A DNA stretch of 64,000 bases from a virus: the IMG/VR virus record IMGVR_UViG_3300037882_002282, positions 5,834 to 69,833 of that record. One strand, given 5' to 3'. Positions 20,057-30,116 of the stretch are shown one piece after another (within the stretch, counting starts at the first letter, position 1; each line of letters starts with the position of its first letter). The notes under the pieces are model-generated. The model made no database searches. It was not told the DNA's origin and saw only the letters and a program-made list of their open reading frames with translations. The position numbers and the translations under genes were made by a program.

Positions 20057-21641
20057 TATATAAATTATGTTGCTTGCTTCTCATTTTACTTACAGTTTCC
20101 ACATTAAAGCTTCCAAACGAGTTATCTCTAGTACCAGTTAGATACAATACCGCCCTTTCTTTAAGTAGGTGTCCGTAAGTTTCTAGTGCGTCTGGAAATA
20201 CTGTAATGTTCTTAAGAACCCCAGTTTCGTCTTGAACAACTAGAAACATCATTTTTTGCCCAAGAGTTTTTCCACGTTTGATTGTGTGTTCCCGAATGGA
20301 CAATACCTCAACACCAAGAACAATATTCCTATACGTCTCCTTACGATTAGCGAACATATAACAGGTACAATTAACTTCTATATCTTCGTAATCCTCTACG
20401 TAGGTTGTAGTTACAGCTACTCCCAAGTAATGTTGTTCTGATTCTGTTTTACTATTTCCAGTGTCTTCTAAACTAATTGGGGGGCGTTTTAAGGTTATCA
20501 ACAAATCTTGTATCTTCGACGTTCTACTTTTATTAGCGGCACCGCCACCCAATTTCTTGGGAATACTCAATCTGTCTAACAAATCCTCGAAATCGCCCTC
20601 ATAATTATTCTTACACCATTCTTTTTCTTTTTCTGTAAGTTGTTGATAGATTCCATACTCGTACTTCATCCTAGCTCTTGGTACATCCAAGTAATCTAAG
20701 GCACCACAACCAATCAAAGCTTCAAAGTTAGTTTTTACTATTTCATCTGAGAGGAAAATTAGGGTTTCTAACCAGGACCACTCATTTTGTTTCTTATTCA
20801 ACTGAGATGTGACGGAAGCCACTCCCATAAGAAGTTTTTCTAAATTAGACTCACCGAATGATCTAACAGATTCATAACCGAAATAAATTACTTTGTCTCT
20901 AGCCTCAAAAGACCTGTTTAAATGCCTAAGGTCTGGTGGGCGAATATCTATACCGCCTAAGCGGGCATCAGTAACTAATTCTTCTAGCTCTGCTTGTGGG
21001 TCAATTTTCAAATGCGACTTGGATAACCAGCTTAAAAAAAAGAAATCTGTATACAAAACCTTAATATAAGCACAATAATAGCTTAATAAAGCATATGCGA
21101 TTGCGTGACTACGATTAAAACTATATCTTTGACTTGCTTCAATGTTTTGAAATAATACGTCGGCTACTTCTTGTGATATAATGTTATTTTTAACTACTCC
21201 TTCCATAAAGTTTAATTTAACTTTAGCCATTAGTTCTGGTATTTTTTTACCGCAAGCTTTCCTTAATTCATCGGCCTGTTTTAGATTAAAACCAGCAACT
21301 AAACGACAAATTTCCATTCCTTGTTCTTGATATAGAATAAGACCAAAAGTATCTTTTAATACAGGTTCTAGAACTGGATGAGGATAATCTACTTCTTCCT
21401 CCCCAGAATTACGATCTACATAATGTTGAGTTACTGTTTTATCGCCGATATAAGCCTCTAAACTTCCAGGTCTTATTACACTGATTAGATCAGCAATTTG
21501 TTCTATACTTTTAGGCTTAATTTTTTTCGAGTAGCTTCGACCCAGTGGACTTTCCAATTGGAACACGCCCTTACATAAACCATTGGCTAAAAGTTCCCAT
21601 ACTCTTGGTTCGTTAAGCGGAATATTATCTAACGACAACAT
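20025..21641 (-). CDS. dnaE: DNA polymerase III alpha subunit, C-terminal part (fingers, HhH, OB)
   Basis: GVFQLES, RPG, ILYQEQ, ADELRKA.GKK, YSFNRSHAIAY, E..YLG, OB fold. Confidence 0.92.
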   Translation of the reverse strand: MLSLDNIPLNEPRVWELLANGLCKGVFQLESPLGRSYSKKIKPKSIEQIADLISVIRPGSLEAYIGDKTVTQHYVDRNSGEEEVDYPHPVLEPVLKDTFGLILYQEQGMEICRLVAGFNLKQADELRKACGKKIPELMAKVKLNFMEGVVKNNIISQEVADVLFQNIEASQRYSFNRSHAIAYALLSYYCAYIKVLYTDFFFLSWLSKSHLKIDPQAELEELVTDARLGGIDIRPPDLRHLNRSFEARDKVIYFGYESVRSFGESNLEKLLMGVASVTSQLNKKQNEWSWLETLIFLSDEIVKTNFEALIGCGALDYLDVPRARMKYEYGIYQQLTEKEKEWCKNNYEGDFEDLLDRLSIPKKLGGGAANKSRTSKIQDLLITLKRPPISLEDTGNSKTESEQHYLGVAVTTTYVEDYEDIEVNCTCYMFANRKETYRNIVLGVEVLSIREHTIKRGKTLGQKMMFLVVQDETGVLKNITVFPDALETYGHLLKERAVLYLTGTRDNSFGSFNVETVSKMRSKQHNLYNETVGSEFST

Positions 21642-21682
21642 TTTTCTACTACCAGTTTACTATAGTTATTCTTTTACATTGC

Positions 21683-22375
21683 TTATTCGACATTAACCTT
21701 CTCTGGTTTCCATTTTACCTTCTTAGATGTTCGTCTAATTAGATTCATAAATCTAGTTATTAATTGTGCTGTTACCTTACAGTCTTCAATTGCCTGATGG
21801 GCACCTGGAGTTTCTATACCAACCAACTCACAAATAGTAGTTAACTTAATATTCTGTACACGATTATCATCCTCGAAGTGGTACCAAACTAGGTCCATTA
21901 AGTCTAATGTGCGGAAACTACTAAATAGAGTGTTATTCTGCCGTTCGTCTTCCCACTGCCCAAACTCTTTACAAATTCTATCTACAATTACCTTATCAAA
22001 ATTTAGAACATTATATCCAGCTAAGATAGGAGCGGTATAACTATTCTTCTTGTAATTATATTGTTTCACATAATCTGAAAACTGTTTCCAGACTACATTC
22101 AATGGGGGAGCTAGGAGAACGTCACGTTCAACGTTATAGGGGTGTCCGCCCGTCTTTTCCTCGCCCACACACAACTTATTTACCTTGAGGGCTCCATCCT
22201 CTACAGCTTCGATATTAGATGGGCGTATGAGTGAGCAGAATTCCGACCCTGGAATAATATCTAGGGAACGTGAATGTATAGCAACCGCTGCCAACTCTAA
22301 AGGTTGCGTAGTATATGGGTTAGCCGACGAACTTTCAAAATCTAGGCAGATTATTGTATTATAGTTCAAAGGCAT
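21683..22375 (-). CDS. DEDDh 3'-5' exonuclease (DnaQ/epsilon-like)
   Basis: LDFES, AGYNV.NFD, AHQAIED. Confidence 0.88.
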   Translation of the reverse strand: MPLNYNTIICLDFESSSANPYTTQPLELAAVAIHSRSLDIIPGSEFCSLIRPSNIEAVEDGALKVNKLCVGEEKTGGHPYNVERDVLLAPPLNVVWKQFSDYVKQYNYKKNSYTAPILAGYNVLNFDKVIVDRICKEFGQWEDERQNNTLFSSFRTLDLMDLVWYHFEDDNRVQNIKLTTICELVGIETPGAHQAIEDCKVTAQLITRFMNLIRRTSKKVKWKPEKVNVE

Positions 22376-23256
22376 CTTTTTTTATCTCTAATTTGTTGTG
22401 TAGTTAGGTTAAAATGTGTTGCTATATCTCTTACAGATTTTTGTTGTAATAAAAAACTTTCTAATTCGTTAGTCATCTCTGGTGTCCATAACCTATATTG
22501 TAATTTAATTGTAAAAAATCTTTCTTTTTTCCTAGCTAAAGAAAATCCACTATTCTTATACAAAATATCTCTTAACGAGAGACTTTCATTAACCCCAAAT
22601 TGTAAACGAGGGGGTTTCATATCATAATTAATTGTTCCTTTTAAAGAAAGAAGACTCTGTAAATTGTGTAAAAACTCGACCGATTGACACGAGAATATGG
22701 AAACATAGTTCTTGTTATCTTGCTTATAAATACTCCCATCACCATCAAAAAACCCTCTAACATAGTCTCCCACAAATTCTTCTGGTATATCAAAGTCTAT
22801 CCTATGTTTTCCAGTTTTGTTTGGAAAAATACTATATTGAAGTAGAGAGTTTTTAATTTGTTTTGAGAATATTCCTATTTTGGATGAATAATATTTTTTA
22901 CCAGTTCGTTTGTCATCGTGTTCGTAATGATATATATTACCATCTGGATAAATTTTAGATAATATATATTCTAAAACACATTCGTCTTTCCTAGCAACTT
23001 CTACGTATAAGTAGGCTCTTTTCTTGTGAACATTACCGTCCGCAGTTATGAACCCAAGAATGTAAGCCATGTCCGACGACCAACTATCAAAAAAATCGTG
23101 GGCCACATTGTTTCTAGACCAATATATTCCAAATTTCTTAAGATATTTTCTAACTATAGCTGGATGACAGTTAAATTCTTTGGCTATCTCTTCTGGTCGC
23201 TTTTCACGAATAATCTTTTCTAAATACTCTTTGGTTAGAGGAATGGCTTTGGGCAT
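22366..23256 (-). CDS. LAGLIDADG homing endonuclease
   Basis: YILGFITADG and YVRGFFDGDG; AGGAG RBS before MPKAI. Confidence 0.9.
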   Translation of the reverse strand: MPKAIPLTKEYLEKIIREKRPEEIAKEFNCHPAIVRKYLKKFGIYWSRNNVAHDFFDSWSSDMAYILGFITADGNVHKKRAYLYVEVARKDECVLEYILSKIYPDGNIYHYEHDDKRTGKKYYSSKIGIFSKQIKNSLLQYSIFPNKTGKHRIDFDIPEEFVGDYVRGFFDGDGSIYKQDNKNYVSIFSCQSVEFLHNLQSLLSLKGTINYDMKPPRLQFGVNESLSLRDILYKNSGFSLARKKERFFTIKLQYRLWTPEMTNELESFLLQQKSVRDIATHFNLTTQQIRDKKRCL

Positions 23257-23297
23257 TTCTGACTCCTTTTGGTTATACGTATAGACTTCTACTATAC

Positions 23298-23305
23298 TAT
23301 ACACC
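23298..23305 (-). promoter_or_regulatory. GGTGTATA phage promoter-like motif
   Basis: Recurrent intergenic motif; upstream of the LAGLIDADG gene. Confidence 0.65.
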
Positions 23306-23319
23306 AAAACTTACCCACT

Positions 23320-23595
23320 TCAGTCCGTATAGGGTAGAACTGAACTCCAACCGTATGTGCGTGGCTTAACAGTAATGCCAGCGTTTTTATATTCCACATC
23401 CATCCCAAGATCATTTAAACTACGTTCAAGGGCAATAATCATGTCTGCTAAAATATAGCCCAAATTATCATCAAAAGTACCTTGGTATTTCTTAATAGCA
23501 TTGTGGGGCTCTTGATCTTGGTAATAGATTTGCTTAGCTTGGTTCAATAAAAAATCTCTTTTACTACCAAAAAATCCAAATGAATCTAATGGCAT
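23320..23595 (-). CDS. Hypothetical protein
   Basis: 91-aa ORF in an operon. Confidence 0.5.
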   Translation of the reverse strand: MPLDSFGFFGSKRDFLLNQAKQIYYQDQEPHNAIKKYQGTFDDNLGYILADMIIALERSLNDLGMDVEYKNAGITVKPRTYGWSSVLPYTD

Positions 23596-23750
23596 TACCG
23601 TTTCTCCAATTGAGCAACCTTCTTCTTTAGTTGAGCAACTTCCCTGCGAAGTTCATTTGTACTATCATCACCAAATTCCTTCATTAGATTGGTGAACTTG
23701 GTTTCAACTTCACGCAAACGACGCAGACGGTTCTTTTCAGTCTTTGACAT
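23595..23750 (-). CDS. Small coiled-coil protein (51 aa, MSKTEKNRLRR...)
   Basis: Read manually; coupled to neighbours. Confidence 0.5.
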   Translation of the reverse strand: MSKTEKNRLRRLREVETKFTNLMKEFGDDSTNELRREVAQLKKKVAQLEKR

Positions 23751-23919
23751 TAGATTTATCTCCTAAGTGACTTGTTAAAATTTCTAGTTCCCAAACTCTG
23801 TCTTCTAATCTATTTATAGTGTTCTCTAGTTCTTCACACCATTCTGTTAGTTTATCTACTTGGTCAACCAAATCTTGGTGGGTCGGATTAATCCTGACCA
23901 CACCCCAATTACTGTTCAT
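23737..23919 (-). CDS. Small coiled-coil hypothetical protein
   Basis: ORF in an operon. Confidence 0.45.
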   Translation of the reverse strand: MNSNWGVVRINPTHQDLVDQVDKLTEWCEELENTINRLEDRVWELEILTSHLGDKSNVKD

Positions 23920-24169
23920 TAGTGTCCTCACCCTCTGTGGCATTGAATATTTCCAACATAATTCTATCTTCTGTTGCTACAACTAGCATATCTACATATC
24001 TCTTAAGGGCTAACGCACCATATGACAACACGCCCACATTAATATCTCTTATTAAATCCTTTTTCATTACTCCAGCTAATTTCTGGATGCTATCTAGAAT
24101 ATCAATTTCTGCTGTAACATCTTCTGGGTCGTAATCATCTTCATCGTCGTTTATATTAAAATCCACCAT
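23909..24169 (-). CDS. Acidic hypothetical protein
   Basis: ORF with GAGG RBS. Confidence 0.5.
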   Translation of the reverse strand: MVDFNINDDEDDYDPEDVTAEIDILDSIQKLAGVMKKDLIRDINVGVLSYGALALKRYVDMLVVATEDRIMLEIFNATEGEDTNEQ

Positions 24170-24344
24170 TATTTACCTCTTTGGAATTTGTGTCATCAAT
24201 AATGCAACGGACGTTAAACAAATTTTGTTGGTCTTGTATTACTAAATAATTCTTGTCTAGTCTAGGGTGATGAAACTCGTGTATGATAGTATAAGTAGCC
24301 CATTTTGTTTGGTAAATCTGACCAACACGAGAAGTACTATTCAT
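24156..24344 (-). CDS. Hypothetical protein
   Basis: Coupled ORF. Confidence 0.45.
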   Translation of the reverse strand: MNSTSRVGQIYQTKWATYTIIHEFHHPRLDKNYLVIQDQQNLFNVRCIIDDTNSKEVNNGGF

Positions 24345-24873
24345 ATTTCTGATATTCTTTATATGGAATTTTTCTTTTTTTAAATTCTTCTTTTAACCGA
24401 CTTAGTTCTACCTTCGTTATCAAATCCCCTCTACGGCTGTAGACCTTATAGGTGCAATCGCCAAAATTTTCTACCAGATCATCAAAGTCAGTCATTTCTT
24501 CGACAATCTGTGCCAGTTCGACGCGGGGAAACCTGATGAACGTTTTTTCTAGCTCGAATGTGATAAAATCAGCTTTTCCATAAAGCCAGCCACTACCCTC
24601 TGTGGCTTTTCCATTACGGAACTCCATAACAAGTTCTTTGTATTGTATATCAGACTTTCCACTAGTAGCCTTTTTTGCGCTCTTAACATCTGTAGTAAAA
24701 GTTTCTTCTTCTGTTTCTACTCTACAGTCATATTTTCTTACGGCGTCTTCATAGAAACTTACTTCATATACCTTGTAACCAGCTTTTCTCATGGAATAAA
24801 CAAATGTCCAGAATCCGTCTTCACCCTGTTTCTTTGCTTTTCCAGTATGGTCGTACTTATGCCTGAATCCCAT
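24337..24873 (-). CDS. PD-(D/E)XK-like nuclease
   Basis: G..GE...D....D...DVKS...EF.N...GWLYG.AD.I.FE. Confidence 0.65.
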   Translation of the reverse strand: MGFRHKYDHTGKAKKQGEDGFWTFVYSMRKAGYKVYEVSFYEDAVRKYDCRVETEEETFTTDVKSAKKATSGKSDIQYKELVMEFRNGKATEGSGWLYGKADFITFELEKTFIRFPRVELAQIVEEMTDFDDLVENFGDCTYKVYSRRGDLITKVELSRLKEEFKKRKIPYKEYQKYE

Positions 24874-24885
24874 TATTCTCCTTTT

Positions 24886-26742
24886 TTATTGACTGGCATT
24901 TATTAACCTTAGTGCCTTTCCTAACTTATCTAAACTAGCTACAGCCAAACAGTCTACTTTACATAATCCTGCCGTTTCGGCAGACTTTAAATCCCAACCA
25001 CAAATTTGTTGTTTGCTTTTAGAGTCATAAATCATTGGGGCGATATCTACTAGAGGACGATCACAAATGATAACTCCAGCAGGGTGACGAGAAGAATTGC
25101 GTTTTGTCCCCTCTAACTTCATAGCGTGCTTAAAATAGACGCCTAAATCTCCCTCACACTTTGGTTCAAACGTTTCACGATCAACCTCACAGAATTGGGC
25201 TAGTTTGTCAGTACGGTTCTGCAATGCCCAACGAATAATAGAATGATCTTCAATTTCTTGAATTTCATCAATTACTTCGGCTTCACCAGGAATGAACTTA
25301 CTTACTTCATTAGATAGATCGAAGGAAACATCATAAGCTCTAAATACATCCTTAAGAGCCCCCCGACCCATCATTCTGCCGTATGCGGCAATTTGACAAA
25401 CATTATTTCTACCGTATTTTTCTCTAATGTATTCTACTACGCCCTCTCTTGCACTAACCTCAAAGTCTACGTCGATATCTGGTAAGGCAACTCTATCGGG
25501 TGTGTTACGACCATCATTATAGAAACGTTCAAAAATTAGATTATACTTAATGGGGTCAACACGAGTAATCTTGGTTAGATAGGATACGAGACACCCGCCA
25601 GCACTACCTCTACCTGGACCCGTTAAGATACCCTGGTTTGTGGCCCAGTTTACATAATCTTGCACTACTAGAAAATAAGGACTGAGCCCAGCTTTTTCAA
25701 TAACGGAGAACTCCATCTCCATTCTATTTCTATATTCTGGGGTATCTAAATTCTTTTCTGCTATGCTATCATTACATAACTTACGCAGGTATTCATTTGA
25801 GTTTAGCCCATCAGGACAATCAAACTTGGGCATAAACGGCTTATTGGTAATATCATAGTTATCGCACATAGACGCGATAACAAAAGTATTCTCTATTTCC
25901 TCTTGTGTATTACACTTGCTCATTCGTTCGTGCGATGGAATATAAAATTCACCGTGTCCGCTGAAAAATGCCCTGAACGGAATATCTAATCCTTGTGCCA
26001 AACCACGCTTTAATTCTGGCACACTCTTTTTAATAGCAGACGACAGAATGATTTGGTGAAGCTCAATATCATCTGGTTTGGTATAGTGGCTGTCAGCAGT
26101 TGCTACTACTTTCTTTCCGTTCTTTTTTGCCCAGTTTCGTAAATTATCTCCTAATACTTGGCAGATGGGAGTATTTTTAGCATCAATAGTTTGGATTTCT
26201 ACAAAGAAGTTATCCTTACCAAAGATATCTTCGTGTAAACCAATCGACTGTTCTACTTCCTTTTCCCAATTTTGTCTAACTTTATTATTTTCGTCCAGTA
26301 GAACATCAGAGACGGTACTACCTAAATGCCCCGAAAAAGATATTAAATTCTTATTTGAGTTTAATTCACCAAGTCGTTTTAGGCTAATTCTGGGTTTGTA
26401 ATAATAGTTTTGTGGTTTGTTGGTTTCATCTATAATCTTTAATAGAGTTTTCCATCCGTTAAAATTTTTGGCTAAAACTACAAGATGAGATAGATTCCTA
26501 TTTTCTGGAGTTTGGTCAGATGGGTCATTTTTACATATATACAATTCTACCCCTTGAATGGGGATAATTCCTTCTTTCTTACAAGCAAGCTGGAATTCTA
26601 CTGAACCGTTTACTCCACCGTGGTCCGTCAAGGCAATATGAGTTTGTCCTAATTCTTTTGCTCGTTTAGCTATATCAGTTGGCTTACTTAATCCATCGAG
26701 CAAGCTGTAGTGGGAGTGCTGGTGACAGTTAATATACATCAT
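24886..26742 (-). CDS. dnaE: DNA polymerase III alpha subunit, N-terminal part (PHP + palm/thumb)
   Basis: HQHSHYSLLDG, TDHG, GPGRGSAGG, FERF, PDIDVDF, HPAGV, GLCKVD. Confidence 0.95.
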   Translation of the reverse strand: MMYINCHQHSHYSLLDGLSKPTDIAKRAKELGQTHIALTDHGGVNGSVEFQLACKKEGIIPIQGVELYICKNDPSDQTPENRNLSHLVVLAKNFNGWKTLLKIIDETNKPQNYYYKPRISLKRLGELNSNKNLISFSGHLGSTVSDVLLDENNKVRQNWEKEVEQSIGLHEDIFGKDNFFVEIQTIDAKNTPICQVLGDNLRNWAKKNGKKVVATADSHYTKPDDIELHQIILSSAIKKSVPELKRGLAQGLDIPFRAFFSGHGEFYIPSHERMSKCNTQEEIENTFVIASMCDNYDITNKPFMPKFDCPDGLNSNEYLRKLCNDSIAEKNLDTPEYRNRMEMEFSVIEKAGLSPYFLVVQDYVNWATNQGILTGPGRGSAGGCLVSYLTKITRVDPIKYNLIFERFYNDGRNTPDRVALPDIDVDFEVSAREGVVEYIREKYGRNNVCQIAAYGRMMGRGALKDVFRAYDVSFDLSNEVSKFIPGEAEVIDEIQEIEDHSIIRWALQNRTDKLAQFCEVDRETFEPKCEGDLGVYFKHAMKLEGTKRNSSRHPAGVIICDRPLVDIAPMIYDSKSKQQICGWDLKSAETAGLCKVDCLAVASLDKLGKALRLINASQ

Positions 26743-27503
26743 TTCCTCTGAAAGTCTGAAATTTTATGACACCAATCTACTAATTCTTGTTGTGTTAAAT
26801 CCCACTTAAGTTCGTTTACGATTTTGTGAACCCATTGTACATTACCTACTACATAACCTTTAGAGTTGTCTATTCTATCTAGAGAAGCTGTTGGTGTTTG
26901 TTTTCTGTTAAATAGAAATGTTAATTCTACACCACTTATAGCACATTTAAAATTTTGTTTTTCTAACAAGTCTTCCACATATTCCAAAGTAATATTAAAT
27001 TCTAATGTTCTACTACTTCTATGCTTACAAGACCTAATAGTATACCAATGTTTACCAGATATATATTTTCCACCTTTCCACCTAATATTTTCTTTTCCGA
27101 GAACAGTTTTAGAGCAGCCACAAGTCCTAGTTGCTTTACCGTCTATTCTTAAAACATTACCAGGGTCAAAGTCTTTAATGTTGCCACAATCGCATTCACA
27201 AACAAAAATACTTTTATTGTTAACGAACTTTAGTTCTAGTATAGATAAAGAATTATATTTATCACCAACATACTTGCTAAATATATCTAAAGAGCGTTGT
27301 TTTTGTGATGCTCTATAACCACAACCACATCTATCATTTCTGTGTTTTACACGCTCATATTTAGATTTAAAAATTTCTCCACAACAGCATACCCACAACG
27401 TTTCTGAAGTTGTAGCAACTGGTTTTGGTTGAGTTAACAACCATCTTACCCCAAATTTATTCTCGAAATGGATATAATCTTCCAGAGTTAACCTTTTGTA
27501 CAT
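26739..27503 (-). CDS. Putative homing endonuclease (CxCxCG + SLDRID..KGY..GNVQWV)
   Basis: His-Me-type motif ASLDRIDNSKGYVVGNVQWVH. Confidence 0.8.
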   Translation of the reverse strand: MYKRLTLEDYIHFENKFGVRWLLTQPKPVATTSETLWVCCCGEIFKSKYERVKHRNDRCGCGYRASQKQRSLDIFSKYVGDKYNSLSILELKFVNNKSIFVCECDCGNIKDFDPGNVLRIDGKATRTCGCSKTVLGKENIRWKGGKYISGKHWYTIRSCKHRSSRTLEFNITLEYVEDLLEKQNFKCAISGVELTFLFNRKQTPTASLDRIDNSKGYVVGNVQWVHKIVNELKWDLTQQELVDWCHKISDFQRK

Positions 27504-27839
27504 TCATGCCCTTTTCCTTTTGAGTAAACACCCACAAGACTTCACAGAACCAGCATTGAAATGAGCCACATCCACTTCTGTTTCATTACCACACTCACAC
27601 AGACACAACCATATAGTAGAATTATTCTTTCGTTTTCGTAGCGGTTTGATAGCTGTGAGCATGTTAGACTTTTTATTAGTAATGTCTACACTATTACGGT
27701 TTTGTTGGAGATTATATTTTTTGAGGTAGCGATAAACGGTAGCTGGAGAACAACCAAGTTCTTGGGCGATTTGGTAAACACTTTTATTATTTACCAAATA
27801 TTCACTAATAAGTACCTCTTGTTGTAAAATATTTCTCAT
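27504..27839 (-). CDS. HTH + CxCxCG protein (homing endonuclease N-terminal fragment)
   Basis: IAQELGCSPATVYRYL; WLCLCECGN...SCGC. Confidence 0.6.
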   Translation of the reverse strand: MRNILQQEVLISEYLVNNKSVYQIAQELGCSPATVYRYLKKYNLQQNRNSVDITNKKSNMLTAIKPLRKRKNNSTIWLCLCECGNETEVDVAHFNAGSVKSCGCLLKRKRA

Positions 27840-28774
27840 ACTGTATATAAAAGCATTTCTTCCTTAACAGCATCAATGTTTACATCATTTAATAATTTAT
27901 ATTTTTTCCCATTTTTCTCTATCCCGTTTGTTATTACCGCACCTTCTTGGATAAGACAGTTTAATACTTCTCTAAACCTAATTATATCTTTATCATTAGG
28001 TTTACCTAAAGCTTTTGTTGCGATTTCTCTGTTTGTTAGAAATTCATCTGCATTGTTAATTACTGATAAAACTAATGATACATCTTCATCTCTAATATTG
28101 TTGGTTGGTAAATTATAAACTGGAAAGTCCATAACATTATCTTCATACATAATATTAATATGTGAACATGCTTTTGCCAACATCTTTGCTAATTTTTCAC
28201 AGCTATTTTTCTCTAATTCAAATTGACTTTTTAAAGATAAAAACGCAAATTTGTGTAGTTCCTTCCAAGATTCTTTATCTGCTGGTTTCATAATAGTAAG
28301 AACTTTACCTCCATTTTCTTTCAGTTTTCTTAAGGAAGTTTTTAATTTAGTTGCATTTTGGTCCATACTTGACCAATCAAATCGTCTTAAATCAACTATG
28401 GCTAGTTCGTATGTAGTACAATTACCTAAAATCAATATATCTGTTCGTCTAAAACCTATATCTTCATTCCGTTTTTTTGCCCAATCAAAAATACAATCTA
28501 CGAAACGTCCATACTGTTTGAAGTTTTTTATTTCTACCAATAACTCTTCAGGTTTATATAATAAATCACCTTTTAGTCCATTACAAGAATCATCGTATTC
28601 ACTAAAACAATCAATCATAGACATTACTTTTGTTTGTATGTCTGCTGCCGATATATTTCCGTTGTTTGTTTGATAACGAAATCTGCCGTAATAATATGAA
28701 TAGAATGTAAAAATATATACAAGTTTTTTGAGTGTGTTATTTTCAATTAGTTCCAATTTACTTTTCCTTACCAA
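27836..28774 (-). CDS. Hypothetical protein with C-terminal winged-helix-like region
   Basis: 312 aa, coupled to the methyltransferase gene. Confidence 0.55.
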   Translation of the reverse strand: MVRKSKLELIENNTLKKLVYIFTFYSYYYGRFRYQTNNGNISAADIQTKVMSMIDCFSEYDDSCNGLKGDLLYKPEELLVEIKNFKQYGRFVDCIFDWAKKRNEDIGFRRTDILILGNCTTYELAIVDLRRFDWSSMDQNATKLKTSLRKLKENGGKVLTIMKPADKESWKELHKFAFLSLKSQFELEKNSCEKLAKMLAKACSHINIMYEDNVMDFPVYNLPTNNIRDEDVSLVLSVINNADEFLTNREIATKALGKPNDKDIIRFREVLNCLIQEGAVITNGIEKNGKKYKLLNDVNIDAVKEEMLLYTV

Positions 28775-30059
28775 TTAAACTTTTTACTATTTCTCTTACA
28801 ACATCCACACAAACAGCATTACCAAATTGTTTATAGGCAGTTGTGTCGTTTTCATGAATCTTGAAGTTAGTACCAAATCCTTGAAGTATAGAATACTCTA
28901 ATGGTGTCAATTTTCTATATAAATCGTTAGTTGAATCATATATAATTTGAGAATCAACCGTTGTTAGTGTAGGTGATATACCCAAATCATGATATGCTCT
29001 GTCGTGTTGCCTAGACCTACCAGACGGTGTGTCTTGGTCCACTTCACAAGCCAGAACAGGTTTGTTGACACTATTTGTTGGATGTTTTCCATTTCCCTTC
29101 CTGTTTGTAAAATCCAGTTTTAAAGCTTCTAGTCTGTTCTTCTTTGGATATTTATTATATTTTAGTACTTGTTTTAGAGCATACTTGTGTTTCTTGCCAT
29201 CTTGTTCTATAGTATATACGATACTATCTATGTTATTACTTCCGATTTTCTCGTTCTTTTTATCTTTGTTCTTAATAACTACTTTATTTGGTTCAAATAT
29301 GTCTATTACTTTTCCAGTATTTCCTTTATCTAATTTAATAACATCACCAACTTGTGGCCTCATCAGAGGATGAATATCTGTTAACCAGTAATTTGCCCAC
29401 TGATTCTCTAAACAATATTTTTCGTTTACCTCTGCTTTTGGCAGTAGTATATCTTTTGTGCTTTTACTACAAATATAATTGTCAGCTATTTCTGGTAGAC
29501 TAGGTTCTCCGTTTAAAATCCCAGCAATAAATAATCTTTCTCTAGCTTGGGGTACACCAAATTGTTCAGCACTATAAATTTCTGCTTTAACACCGTAGCC
29601 CAACACCCTTAAGGAATCTAGTATTGTATTTATAAGTAAACTACCATCTTGGTTCTGTATAGTTTTAAGTCCTTTGACATTTTCAAATAAGATATACTTG
29701 GGCCTTTTTTTCTCACATATCGCTCTCAAATACGCCCAAAGATTACTTCTATCATCTTCTATTCTGATTTTGCCTTCATTCCTAATATGGGCTAAACCAG
29801 CGGCACTAAACGGTTGACAAGGAAACCCCCCTGTAAGTAGATTAAACTCGGGCAAACTGGAAATATCTAGTTGTGTAATGTCTGGATAAAAATTAGTTTC
29901 ACCGTGATTTTGTTCATAAATTTTTCGTGCTTGTTTATTAAGCTCTATAGCACCAACACACTCAAAACTATATTTATCTCCTAATTGTTCACAAGCTTTT
30001 TTTACACCAAGATGGAATCCACCAATCCCAGCAAAAGCATCAAGTAGTTTTACTTCCAT
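28758..30059 (-). CDS. dcm: DNA cytosine-C5 methyltransferase
   Basis: FAGIGG, GGFPCQPFS, ENV, PQARER, QFGNAV. Confidence 0.93.
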   Translation of the reverse strand: MEVKLLDAFAGIGGFHLGVKKACEQLGDKYSFECVGAIELNKQARKIYEQNHGETNFYPDITQLDISSLPEFNLLTGGFPCQPFSAAGLAHIRNEGKIRIEDDRSNLWAYLRAICEKKRPKYILFENVKGLKTIQNQDGSLLINTILDSLRVLGYGVKAEIYSAEQFGVPQARERLFIAGILNGEPSLPEIADNYICSKSTKDILLPKAEVNEKYCLENQWANYWLTDIHPLMRPQVGDVIKLDKGNTGKVIDIFEPNKVVIKNKDKKNEKIGSNNIDSIVYTIEQDGKKHKYALKQVLKYNKYPKKNRLEALKLDFTNRKGNGKHPTNSVNKPVLACEVDQDTPSGRSRQHDRAYHDLGISPTLTTVDSQIIYDSTNDLYRKLTPLEYSILQGFGTNFKIHENDTTAYKQFGNAVCVDVVREIVKSLIGKEK

Positions 30060-30103
30060 TCATTCTCCTTTTAATATGAGTTAAAATAGACACCCATATT
30101 AAA

Positions 30104-30111
30104 TATACACC
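30104..30111 (-). promoter_or_regulatory. GGTGTATA promoter-like motif
   Basis: Upstream of dcm. Confidence 0.65.
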
Positions 30112-30116
30112 AAAGT

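Noticed and set aside
21641-24886. Group I intron or split intein joining the dnaE halves
   Set aside because: The gap is filled with ordinary coupled ORFs; no intein N/C motifs and no room for an intron core; each half has its own start and stop
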